This document shows positions 50,321-61,917 of a stretch of DNA of 64,000 bases, one piece after another. Made by a program: the position numbers and the translations under genes. Origin of the DNA: Callorhinchus milii. Taxonomy: Eukaryota. The notes beneath the pieces were generated by a model. It was not told the DNA's origin. It did no database searches and saw only the letters and a list, made by a program, of their open reading frames with translations. The stretch covers positions 6,760,001-6,824,000 of the forward strand of contig NW_024704742.1 in assembly GCF_018977255.1 (NCBI RefSeq), in the 5' to 3' direction. The stretch's first letter is position 1. Each line of letters starts with the position of its first letter.

Positions 50321-51213
50321 GTCAAGTATGTCCTTTAAGGGAATTTCTGATTGTAAGTCTCACTGGCTACTCTAAGTCATATCTTAATAGCTGCCTCAAC
50401 AGTACCAATGGCAAACAGCAGGCTGCTCCCCCTCACCCACCTCTAGCTACAGAATGGTTCTCCTAGAGAATACAATACAAAATTACATTTGTACAGTGCC
50501 TTTCATGTTGGGAGGATATCCCAAGGTGCTGGGATAAATATGCAAAACCAAAACTATTCTCCACCCAACATATGCTTTTAAAACTTCTATACTATTTTGT
50601 TTTCAATTTGATGCTTTAGTTCTATTCAATGTGAACCAAAATATATATCAGCCGAGCCTATGAGTCCATCTAAAATAGAGGCTTCCAGCAGAAGGAATCC
50701 AAAGGAACAACGCGACATGCAAAGCATTCATTCATCCAGGTCCTCTACTGAGCCTGGCACTCAATGCTGGTTGGCTGGCATTTAAAAATGATCTGGTAAA
50801 TAATGTTAGTAAACCTTACATGCAATGATAGTAACAGTTTGAGGTAGGAGTAAATCATTAATCCATCTCAATTACCCATCCATCTTCCAAATACATACCA
50901 TCAACACTGCAATCAAAACTCTCAAAACGTTAAAGGTTTAGATAAAAGTAGACAATTGATAAAGGGTTACAGATTAGTCTGGATGAAAAAGGCCCTTTGG
51001 CCCATCCCTCCAGAACACCCACCTTACCGTCCCCCATCACAGCATCAAGCTGCTTTTTTAAATGAGTCCAGTGTCTTGGCTTCCATCACCTTTCCTGGCA
51101 ACCTGTTCCTGTCGTTCATTACCCTCTGCGTAAAGAAAAACTTCCTGGTATCTGACCTGAAATTGCCCTTTACAACTTTAAACCTATTTTAGATAAAGTG
51201 CATAGTTACCCAC

Positions 51214-51475
51214 CTGGGTCAGTGTTTTGGTGAGTCAGTCCGGGAGGAATGCCCCCAAGGGAAATAGTCTGGACATTCCATCCTCCAAACTCTTGTGTTT
51301 TATGGAGTATTTCTCGAGAATAGGTGCCATCAACTGAGAATGTTGTAATGGACCTATTATTCTCTATCAGGACAGTGTGCCATTGACCATCTGATACTGA
51401 GAACTCAGGAATGTTCCTTTCCACTTTGCCACCGATACCAGCGTCAGAAATGTAATGTACCTTCCCACTTTTTAT
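51214..51475 (-). CDS. FAT4: FAT4 internal exon (laminin-G domain), 262 bp
   Basis: ttcctag|ATA AAA AGT GGG ... GAC CCA G|gtgggt. Translates IKSGKVHYISDAGIGGKVERNIPEFSVSDGQWHTVLI...ISLGGIPPGLTHQNTDP. Phase 0 to 1 fits both neighbours. Confidence 0.95.
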
Positions 51476-51499
51476 CTAGGAATGAAAAATATGCATCCA

Positions 51500-51645
51500 T
51501 TAATAATAATAATAATAATAATCCTTGCATTTGATATAGCGCTTTTCACGTCGGGATGACATCCCAAAGCGCTTCACAGAACACACTGTAAAGTGAATTG
51601 ACTGTATATTTGTGGGCGAACGCGGCAGCCAATTGCGCACAACAA
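51500..51645 (-). mobile_element. SINE variant B 3' end next to a FAT4 splice acceptor
   Basis: Tail GCTTTGGGATGTCATCCCGACGTGAAAAGCGC plus (ATT)n. Confidence 0.88.
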
Positions 51646-52579
51646 TTAGCGTTTCATTCATAAAAAGCTAGCAAAAGACATAACAAATAAATGATTATGC
51701 AAGGAACAGCTTTGATGCAGTGACTGAGCCGGGCTGGCTGAGCTGTCATCAGCAGTGCCCTGGAATGCTATGTAAGCACCTGACTCAGGAACCGGACTAT
51801 CAAGGTCACCAAACAGGATTGACTCAATTCCAACATTCTGTTGCCAAACACGTCACGCTGGAGCCATTTCAGCTCCAAGGAGACCCCGTTTACCTCCTTC
51901 ACAAGGAAGATCGTCACACAAACAAAAATGAGATAAATGAGCAATTTGTTTTCTTTTTGTGGAGTTTGAATGGGAGAGGAATGTTGGCCTGGATACCGGG
52001 AGAATTCACTGCTCTCCTTCAAACTATTATGACAGGATCTTTAACGTACTCGTGAACCCGAACAGGCACTCAAGACTTTGGTTTAATATCTCATCTGTAG
52101 GGAAGTGTCTTTAGCAATGCAGTCGTATCTTATTACTCACTGAATTCTGAGCTCAAGTGAAAGCGAGCAACTCAAAGCCGCAATCTTCTGATTCAGAGCC
52201 GAGGCCCATGTTAGGCTCTGTCTAAAGAGCTTCTGAGTTTGAGTGATCGTCTTGGGGATACTTGGACCATTAGCACATGGTCTTTTCTACTCTCTAACTT
52301 GAGTTGTGACTCACAGTGCAAATCTTTTCAAATAATTCTTCTTTAACATAATGCTATTAAGGGCCATTTGTATTAAACACAAGTCCACTATGAAATATGG
52401 TTAGATTCTTCAAAAGCTAATAGAAGCTTTGATCATTTGGAACTTTTGGAACAGTGCCATCTTGGATATTTTGTTGGATTGAATACATCCAAAATTCCAT
52501 CTAGTCTTAGCCTGTAAAACCATTTTGTCCTAAAGTATAAGACTGTGCAAAATTGTGAACAATTCTTAAATTCTCTCTT

Positions 52580-52940
52580 ATCCCTTCATGCCCTCGCACC
52601 TCCTTAACTATACGATTTGCTTAACCTCCCCACTTGCACCACCCGCTGCCTCCGTTCGGCCGTCTCTGGCCTCCTGTTCGTCCCTCGCCCCCTCCGCTCC
52701 ACCATCAGCAGCCGTGCCACTATGCCCTGAAGCTCTGGAACTCCCTCCCTCAATCCCTCCGCCTTGCCCCCCTCCCTCCCCACTTTCAAATCACACCTAA
52801 AGACCTTCCTTTTTGATGTTGCTTATGGTCACCTCCACACTCCCTCTCCCCCCGGCTCGGGGTCAAACTCCACCACTGTCAAGCGCTCAGACACGCTACC
52901 CCACGTGAAGGGCGCTATATAAATGCACGTTGTTGTTGTT
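52580..52940 (+). mobile_element. L2 LINE 3' end inserted into a palindromic MITE-like element
   Basis: LWNSLPQSLR motif and AAGGGCGCTATATAAATGCA(GTT)n tail. Confidence 0.85.
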
Positions 52941-54107
52941 AAGACACTTTACTGCAGTTCTCAGAAAGAACTATCTTCTAAATTAAGATGCAATTTGAGG
53001 GTATTCAGTAAGTCTGCACGATCTTAAATTTTAAGACAATATGGTTTTACAGGCAATACACCACAAATTTACATTTACCCTAACACCTTTCGTGTCAGAA
53101 TTCCGGGTCTAATATCTGTTAAGACACGTTGTTGTGTGTGATATTCAGAAGGTTTAATGAAATCTGCAACACATTATTTTAGGTCAAACCCATTGTGTGG
53201 AAAAACAATTAGACTAAATTTTAGTACGACTTTCTTTCAGCAGAGAGTGGTGGTATGCTAACCCTCTAAATATTCTGATATCAGGTTTCCTTTGGGTCGG
53301 TCTTTGCTCACCGGCTGTCCCCATTAATAACGCTCACACTGAATGGACGGGCAGATCGTCTGAAGGACTCGGCAATTCCCCAAGCAGTGCATCATTTACC
53401 AAGTGCACATCTTTATTGATAACTTAAAACGTGGGCAAAAGTGTTACGATCTTCCCTTTTCTTTCCAGTGACTGAATTTCAAAGGCTAGTTTTTAATGGT
53501 AACAATCTGTACTTTCTGTGCTCCACATGGATATTTGTTATAGGCTGCCCGTTGAGAAATAACTGCTTCCTGAGTTAGAGAGGCTTGATTGGCTAAACCG
53601 CTGCCTAGAGTGCAACTAAGCCATAAAAGAATAAAAAGTCCCATGTTTTTTGCACAGTTAAGTGATCTCAGTGGGACAGCATTGGTGTGGGAGGGGTGGG
53701 GGGGTGGTGGCGGGGAGGAGTGAAAACAAAATTGGCCTCAATATCAGTGATGTTTCTTGTTCCTGATTGCTCTCTGAAAGAAAATACGTATCTGTGGACA
53801 TAAGTAATAAAACTCCTTATATTTGATATAACACCTTTCACATAAGTAGGATGTCTCAAAGCACTTTGCAGGATATACTGTAACGTATAACGTATAGACC
53901 AACATGGCAGCAATTTGCATACAGCAATGTCTCGCAAATGGCCATGGAGTGAATGATCAAGTTGATTGAGGACATCTGAGCAAGCCAACTGGATCTCGGT
54001 TTAATATCTCATTTGAAGGATGGCACCTCCAACAATGCAGTACCTTCCCTGCACTACAGTAAAATGTCAACCTAGTCTATGTCAGTTCCAAGACCCAAAT
54101 AGGGGGT

Positions 54108-54156
54108 AGGGAGGGAGGCAGAGAGGGAGGGAGGAAGGGAGGGAGGGAGGGAGGGA
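54108..54156. repeat. (GGGA)n purine microsatellite
   Basis: Seen directly. Confidence 0.85.
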
Positions 54157-54543
54157 GACCACAGCCATGAAGTGAATGAGCAATTTTTAATCTGGAGATT
54201 CGTCGGCCTGAACGCTGGAACTCTTTTCAAATACAGAAAAAAATAACAGTTATGTGTTCTGTTCGTTAGCATTTTATTTACTGCTATCAAATCTGAAATA
54301 TCTATCTCCACTGGCAGTAATTCTGCATGAAGGTTGGAGCCAGCACGTAGCCGAGCCTGCGACTGGTTGGTGACTGCTCAGATGACGGATGTTTTTTGGC
54401 ATGCTGCCCAGCACTGGTCAAAACCTCCCAGCACTGTGACCGGTACTTGATGAAGAAAGGACACGGGTGATGGGAACAATGATTAAAACCACAGCACTGC
54501 ATGCAGCCTAATCAAGTCAATCTAGAGCGAGCTTTAATCTTAC

Positions 54544-54761
54544 TTTCACAGTGGTGTAATTGCTGCTTTCCTGCACGTGAATTAGAATGCCATTTTTGCT
54601 TCTTGTTCTGAACTTTAGGTCCAGGCGATTCGGACTCGCAGGCTTGGGAGCCCAGCCTCTTACACTCTGCCTCAGCAAATAATCCCGTTTCTCATTCTGA
54701 TTGATTGTGTAGTCCAGATGTCCCCTGCCATCCAGGGACAATGCTGTATCCACGCTGACCA
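54544..54761 (-). CDS. FAT4: FAT4 internal exon (start of second LamG domain), 218 bp
   Basis: ctctttcag|TG GTC AGC ... GTG AAA|gtaaga. Translates VSVDTALSLDGRGHLDYTINQNEKRDYLLRQS...LKFRTRSKNGILIHVQESSNYTTVK. Confidence 0.95.
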
Positions 54762-54924
54762 CTGAAAGAGCCATAGATTGGAGGAAAATGATTGTGTAGC
54801 AGACGGAGAAAGGCTCAGATAGCAACAGCGACACACTGGGTAAAAAACAACTAATTTCTTGCAGCATTTTGGGTTTGTATCAATGGCACAGACCAGACAG
54901 GTACATTTAAATACTCTAGCGTAC

Positions 54925-55260
54925 TCAACAATAACAACAAATTATATTTGTATAGTGCCTTTCGTGTCAGGAGGACTTCCCAAAGCGCTGGACTGTCAGG
55001 GATTTGGACCCGAGCAGGGGGTTGGGATCGGGAGGGGTGGAGGGCAGGGGAGGGTAGGGAATAGGAGGCTGACCAAAGGCACGGTCGAAGAGGACAGTCT
55101 TCAAAAGTGACTTGAAGGAGGCAAGGGATGGGGGCGAGGCGGAAGGTCTGTGGGATGTAGTTCCAAGGTGTGGGGGCAGAGAGGCTGAAGACCCAACCGC
55201 CGATGGTGGGGTGGGCTGGGCGGGGGCCGTGGAGCAGGTCGGAGCCTGCCGAGCAGACAA
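54925..55260 (-). mobile_element. L2 LINE 3' end (second tail type). Similar pieces at 13170-13400(-), 22785-23040(-), 58840-58913(+). Tail type 1 also at 8050-8160(+) and 59960-60178(+)
   Basis: SFKSLLKTVLFDRAF ORF end and GCGCTTTGGGA.GTCCTCCTGAC tail. Confidence 0.85.
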
Positions 55261-55385
55261 ACCAGACCTTGCTTTCTCCACTGTGCCTCCCCTGAACAAC
55301 TGTTCCCTTCCACCCAGTGCGCAGGAGATGGATCTATACATTATACATAAACACAACACATATTGGACTTTCGCCTGAGCCTTAC

Positions 55386-55510
55386 GTTTTTCGCAGTGTT
55401 CGCCTGTGAACCCATCCTTGCAGTTACAGTGCTGCCATGACCAGTGATCCACACACGACTTGCTATGCTGACATGGGCTGTTCGAACAAGCCCCTTCCAC
55501 TCTCGGGCAC
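55386..55510 (-). CDS. FAT4: FAT4 internal exon (EGF-like domain), 125 bp
   Basis: tatcttag|G TGC CCG ... GAA AAA C|gtaagg. Translates CPRVEGACSNSPCQHSKSCVDHWSWQHCNCKDGFTGEHCEK with EGF cysteine spacing. Confidence 0.95.
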
Positions 55511-55698
55511 CTAAGATAAAACAAGTTTAATGTAAGATAATAAATTCATTCAGTCAGCAGCTACAATTTCTATTACTTGGGAGCTCATGCTGTGCAAAAG
55601 AAGCAAAATAACTATTATAGGTGCTGAGTGCATCCAATTTCCCTTATGTTACATTGGAAACATTGAAGTCTGTCATTGTTTGAAAGACTGAGGACTAC

Positions 55699-55866
55699 CT
55701 TATACCCAACATTAGAAAAACTGGAGTCTTTCTTATACTCTATGTTAAAAAAACACGGTCTGTCTTACACTCAATGTTAGAAAGACTGGGGTCTTTCTTA
55801 TGCTCTATGTTGAAAAAACGAGGTCTGTCTTACACTCAACGTTAGAAAGAATGATGTCTGTCTTCA
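55699..55866. repeat. Minisatellite of five ~32-33-bp units in A-B-A-B-A order
   Basis: Units begin CTTA(T/C)A/GC.C.A.GTT and end GTCT(T/G)T. Confidence 0.85.
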
Positions 55867-56589
55867 TTTTTTTTTGCTAAAAGTTCACCATTAAATGTTC
55901 CATTTATAGTGAATTCAGCATAGTCCTTAAGGACAGATTCGAGACTGTCTTTTCTTGGGCGAATAATTTAAATGTTTAACAGTGTTAGCTAGGGATGGGA
56001 GAATAAACTGGTTATTAATTTACAGTGCACAGCACTGCAGATGAAGCATTTTGTCCTACGTTTGCCAAACTCAATTTCAATAATAGCATTTTTTTATTTT
56101 ACTTTATTGAGGAAAAATAACTTTTAATTTCAAACAGCGGCCGGCTTGACTAAATCAGAAAAATTTAAACAAACCCAGCAGTTGCTTTGTATGGTTTAGG
56201 ATAATTGTTGTGGGTTAGAAACATTTCATATCTGCAATATGTAATTTTCTAAGTACAGTATGTTTGATTTCACAAAAGAAATGAAACGTGAATGGGATTG
56301 GGCTGTGTGCATGGTATGAGGGAGGTTCTGGCAGGGCATTGGACCCACCAGGCGGTGCCTGAGCAAGAGTGGATCCTGGAAAAGTGATGGCCAGCAAACA
56401 GTGCCCTCCAGTATCCTGGAAGAATGCTCTACCATCAATGAGACAATCCAGCTTTCCCCGGTAAAGAAAATCTCCCAGCAGTATAAAGGGTCTGGAGGAG
56501 AGCAGCTTTAGTGACTGAAGTCCTAGCATTCTGTGTCCTCTTTACATCAGGTTATAGTTAGTTGGTTTTGATTCAATACAGTGACCATT

Positions 56590-57180
56590 CTCCTCAGGAT
56601 GGAGGTAAGCGGGCTGAACTGATTCCAATGTGACATGCCTGGCAATCGAATGCAGAATCAAGCCAGCCCTCTATTGCGGTCTCATTAGTCCAGTTCCTGA
56701 GCCAGGCGGGTCTGCAGTATTCCAGGGCACTGCTGATGACAGCACAGCCAGTCTGGCTCATCAGCAGGACCTGGAAGGGCAGACCAGTCAATGGGGGCAG
56801 GGAATCATCCCACTCAGGTCCTGTTAACCCTGCAAGCCAAAGCCCTAACGGGTAGGGCTGTCCTAACTGGACAAGCAGTGGGAAAGCTTGCCAGACAGCA
56901 TTATCAATGGCAAGCTATTCATTTTAGCTGGTTAGACTCCAGCAGTTACCCCAATGCACACTCTGAGGTTCCCAAGCCTTGGTTCTGGCCAAACTGCGCC
57001 TAATACTTTCCGGAATCAGGTAATCAGGATGTGTCCCTCCAGGGAGAGAGTGTGCATTGCATTCCAACAATCCATCTCTGGTATTTCCATGTGTAGGTGG
57101 GATGCATGGAAATCTCAGCTTGGTTTGGATACTCTGAAGCACGGTGATGGGTTTCCGCATGTGTCAGGACACCCGGCTGA
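56590..57180 (+). repeat. Unclassified ~600-bp interspersed repeat (most complete copy)
   Basis: Homologous pieces at 620-690(-), 14585-14780, 16528-17345(-), 22645-23310, 31205-31802, 60675-60875. Confidence 0.8.
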
Positions 57181-57211
57181 GGAAAATATATTGAATTCTC
57201 AAGTGCCACAC

Positions 57212-57391
57212 CTGTCCAGAATTCCATGGTTTGCCAAGGCCTGGCTGGGTTCCAGTGGACGACCATTGACAGCGAATTCCATCACACACCCAACAAAGTC
57301 ATGGGTGACGACTTGCCCTCTCCTCTGAAGAATTGGTTCTACTGATCTGATCCCTCCCACTGTTAACCTGTTAGGTTGCACTTCCAGGGTC
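57212..57391 (-). CDS. FAT4: FAT4 internal exon (end of first LamG domain), 180 bp
   Basis: ctttgtag|G ACC CTG ... CTG GAC AG|gtgtgg. Translates TLEVQPNRLTVGGIRSVEPILQRRGQVVTHDFVGCVMEFAVNGRPLEPSQALANHGILD. Confidence 0.95.
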
Positions 57392-60261
57392 CTACAAAGC
57401 AAAGCATACAGAATTAGAGTCACAACATTGCACTGCACAAGCTGGGAGCATCAACACCATTCTTTGAAAGCAACACCAGATGAATAAAGCTAACCTGAAA
57501 TTCCAAATTGATTCACTTTATTCAGTAATCATCTTAAAATGTTCCTCAATACACCAGCACAATAAGGCAATGTTAGAGTGACACTTAAACCTGCAATACG
57601 TACAGTACTTACACTAATTTTGTTTTTTTTGGTCCTGTACCACGATGGTAGAGGAACTCCCACCTCTAGTCACTGAGCTCCATCCTGCTGGGTCTTAAAT
57701 AAATGCTAACTTAGTTGTGCGCAAACAGTGGTTTCACCCACAAAACAGTCAATTCACTCGGCAGGATATTCTGTGAAGTGCTTTGAGACGTTTAGAAACG
57801 TGATAAGGCGCTATATCAAATGCAAGGGTTATTATTATTAATGTCACTGTTATGTTCCATATCAACTGGCACTGAGTAAGGCATGCAAGAAACAGGAAGC
57901 ATCATTTGAAAAAAACTTTAAAGGCTCAGTGAACTGATAATCCAAATCAAATTCCAAATGCAATTTGTCCAGAGATACTGTACATTTTTGCTTTAAGGGA
58001 TATTGGGAGAAAAAATCCCAATGAAGGCTGGTTTCCTGCCTTTGTCAAAATGATACAAAGAGCTGGGTGAAGAGGCAAAGATATGTCCATGTGTCTAAAT
58101 AAAATCATTTATTTATGATTTCTGCCTCAAGTCCATGGAAGGGATACTGTTATAATGATAATCTTTGCATGTGATATAGGATCTTATCACGTTGTTGAGA
58201 CATCTTAAGACAATATATAGGATATACTGTAGTGACTGTGTGTCTTGTGTTGGCAAACATGGCAGTCAATTTTGTGCACAGCAATGTCCCACAAACAGCC
58301 ATGGAGTGAGTGACCAATTTATTTGGGGGAATTGTTGGCTACGACACCGGGAGAAACTTCCTTCTGTTTTCCAATACTGCAGTGGGATCCTTAATGTCCA
58401 CTGGACAGGGAGACATGACCTGTTTAATGTCACAGTACCATTTACTCACCATCCTGCACAGTTCATGACTAGTTGTGTGGAGGCCATTGCTATCAGAGTC
58501 CTGCCCAGGTAACCCTCCAAGCATCAACACTTATCAATAGTGTGGGCTTGTATCCAAAATAGAAACACTGGAATGCTGTCAGCATACGAACAGATTTGGT
58601 GAAGCAAATTAGATCTGTGCTCTTGGGTATCTTATATAGGTGAACGTGGCAGTCAATTTGTCACAAACATTGTGGCACAAACAGCCATGAAGTGAATGAC
58701 CAATTTTATCTCAAGGATTGTTGGCCAGCACACCAGAAGAAACTCTTCTCGTTTCAAATGATGCTGTGGGAGATCTAACATCCAACTGAAAAGGCATATG
58801 GGGCCTTGGTTTAATATCACATCAATATGACCCAACTGTGCAGCGCCTTGGGACGTCCTCCTGACGTGAAAGGCGCTTTATAAATGGAATCTTGTTGTTG
58901 TTGTTGTTGTTGTATCTGCAACAATGCAGCACACCCTGAGTACTACATTAGAATTTCAGCCTAGATGACGGGAGTTTAAAGTCCTTGAACCCATAATCTT
59001 CTAACTCTGAGGTGAGAGTGCTACCACCTGAGGCAGGTTTACCTCGAGCCAGGTCACCTTGTCCCTCCAGGAGCAGTAACATGTAGGCTGGGTGCAAGAA
59101 CGAGCCCTCCCTACACTAATCGAACAAGGTGCCTTTATCCAGAAGTCTGCAGTGTACCAGGGGGATGCTTTGCCTTCACACATTCACTGTGTATTTCTGG
59201 ATCTGGCGACGACATGAAATCACTTAATCGCTGCCAATTAGTGATGAATTATAGGCAGTTTTGTGCTATGGGCCTGTGCCTATTAGGAATTGGATTCTGA
59301 CTGCCTTAAGAGAGAAGACTTTGTCCCATCAGTCAGAGCTGAATTCAAACCAAGTTACCAGAGGGGTCGTAAACAGCTGGCTATTATGCACTGCCTACAG
59401 CATGTTCCAAGAGAGCTCACGATTATAGCTAACAGAGACACACAAATGTGGCTGCTGGAGTCTGTCAGATAATTGAGAAGGATGTGGCTGTTCTGGGCAG
59501 GCAAACATTTCTCCTCACTTTCTCTTAGCATTACCGGCCCTGAATTTTCCCGACAGAGAATCCTAAATTTCACTTAATCCCTAAATGTGTTGCAAATGCA
59601 AACAAAAAAATTATGGTTTCACTCAGCACAGACAGAACGCTTTTGTTGAAAAAAAAGATGACAAATTGTTTAGTCATTTCAATTGCTGCACCAAAAAACT
59701 AGTTTCAACTAAGCTAAGCATGATCAGAAGTTCCGCTATATTTCTCTATTGTGGTTTCATTTGTAGTATATTTTAACAGAGCCCCTGAAGAAGAAATCCA
59801 AGGAGTTCTTGTTATGGGAGAATCATCACATTGAGGTGTTGAGCTCAGGTCCTGGGTGGAGCTGACAGGAATTGTAACAAGATTACTTATTGAGTTATTC
59901 TGTCAAGAATATATCCCAGTCACTGGGAGCATGGATTTTTCCCACTTGACTTCTTGACTACGCCCCGAGGCTCTGGAACTCCCTTCCTCACTCCCTTCGC
60001 CTTGCCCCCTCTCTTCTTATTTTCAGGTCTCTGCTGAAGACCTTTCTTTTCGACCGCGCCTTTGGTCACCTTCCTCCCACTCCCCCTGGCTCGGCCCCGG
60101 GATCCGTTACTGTGAAGCACTCTGAGACGCCATCCAGAGTGGAGGGCGCTATATAAATCCAAGTTGTTGTTGTTGTTAACCCTAAAAGCCAAAGTCTAGT
60201 TTCCATTATCTGACAGACTCCAAAAGTCACATTTCCATGCCTCTGTTAGCAATATTAGCTT

Positions 60262-60560
60262 GTTGGGCAAGTTTCCTTATTCCACACGTCTCTGCTGACC
60301 TAAGCAGGAATCCGGTTATTAGTCAATTGGTGGATCACCTTTCCGTGGGTAATAACTTGTTAAAAAAAAAATAATAATTTGGTCACTCAATCCACGACTG
60401 TTAGTGGGACGATGTTGTGCGCAATTGGCTGCTGTGTTTCTCCCACAAAATATACAGTCAATTGACTTTACAGTACATTCTCTGAAATGCTTTGAGACAT
60501 CTCGGAGATGCGATAAGGCGCTATATCAAATGCAAGGATTATTATTATTTATTATTATCA
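60262..60560 (+). mobile_element. SINE variant A lacking head
   Basis: TTGGGCAAGTTTCCTTA through tail. Confidence 0.88.
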
Positions 60561-61075
60561 TCGTGCAACATGCTGTGGTCACTGCACAATACCCAGCTAT
60601 TTGTGACCCTGCTCTAGAACCGGGATTTGAATCCAGCTCCGACTAATGGGACGGAGTCTTCTCTCTTATGGGTAAGGTGGTCCTAGCTGACAAACAGCGG
60701 GAAGCTTGCCAGACAGTAATGTCAATAGCAAGCTATGTGGTTTTAGCTGGTCAAACTCCAGTAGTAGCCCAACTCACTCTATAGGGATCTGGGGTCCCGG
60801 AGTCTTAGCACTTGCCAGTGTGTGCCTAATACATGCTGCTGGGTTTCCTCATGTATCAAGACACCCAGCTGACCAACTCTCTCCCTCACCCCATATTGGA
60901 CACCATTAACTCTCTTCCACAAACAGCTTATTGGGTGGCAATCCTGGAAGACAGAGAAAACCCTGAAACATAACACTGGAATGTAAGTGGAATGTAAATC
61001 TTGCCATTGCGAGTAGGTAGCTCTAACCTTGATATGTGTTCAGAGAAGAAGAACTGTAGAAAGAGGAATTCTTAC

Positions 61076-61161
61076 CAATCAGTTGCTGATGTCATGCTGG
61101 TAGCTGTGCAGTAACCAGATTCCTGATCCTCAGAACACGTGTCCACTGTTAGAGATGCCAC
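61076..61161 (-). CDS. FAT4: FAT4 internal exon (LamG domain), 86 bp; not in the ORF track
   Basis: cttgattag|GTG GCA TCT ... ACT GAT TG|gtaaga. Translates VASLTVDTCSEDQESGYCTATSMTSATD(W), resembling mammalian AASLTVDSCSENQEPGYCTVS. The phase-2 end joins the next exon to make Trp. Confidence 0.92.
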
Positions 61162-61917
61162 CTAATCAAGAGAAAGATTGTGCACCTTAGTTTAAGACCA
61201 CAAGAAAGCGTGGGATATGAAAAGTTCATTAAGCTCACTCTCTCCTTCCACAGACATGCAAAACCATTCTATTACGCACTGCATCCCACCCACTCTGCCT
61301 TGCAGGGGATAGTCCTGTAATAGATACTTCCAGGTTTCCAGTAGAGGCAGTGAAACAAAAAGTCAAAATTGTTCACCTAATCTCACAAACATTGTACTTG
61401 TTCACTTCAGTCCCAGTCTGCTAATTTTTGACTTATGTAGCATGAATCATATTTTTTATTGTAAGTCTGTTCCACATATTTAATATCTTGCAACCTCGAG
61501 ATTTATTTGCGTTTTTTTTAATGTCAGATATATTCCCTCTAGATTTTCTCTCACAGACTTACTCAAAAATAGCCTGCTTACATCAACATCTATACCTCAT
61601 CATGTCAAAGACTTGGATCACATTGCCCTTTGCTGTAACAGAGCAAGGTAGATTTCTGTGAGCCTTTGCTCATAACTTAAAACCTCAAAGTTGCTGGATC
61701 ACCCCATATTGCTCTTCTTGGAACACTTTCCAATGTCCCTCTGAAGGTTGGCTGTGCATAACTGTACATAATATTCCATATGGGGCTTCACCAGTGATCT
61801 GTACAAGGTTAGAATAATTTATCTTAATTTAGTAGGCAAACCTAACTGGTCACATAGTTTCCTCCTCTCCAATTTCTTCTCCTGAAGACACGGACTCAGT
61901 GTCTAACGCTGAGGGTA

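Noticed and set aside
55699..55866. CRISPR-like array
   Set aside because: Contiguous tandem units with no unique spacers, in eukaryotic intronic DNA.
56730..56770. Hammerhead ribozyme from CTGATGA (also 17328 and 9027)
   Set aside because: No correctly placed GAAA after a stem II; CTGATGA pairs with TCATCAG or belongs to the Deu-SINE core.
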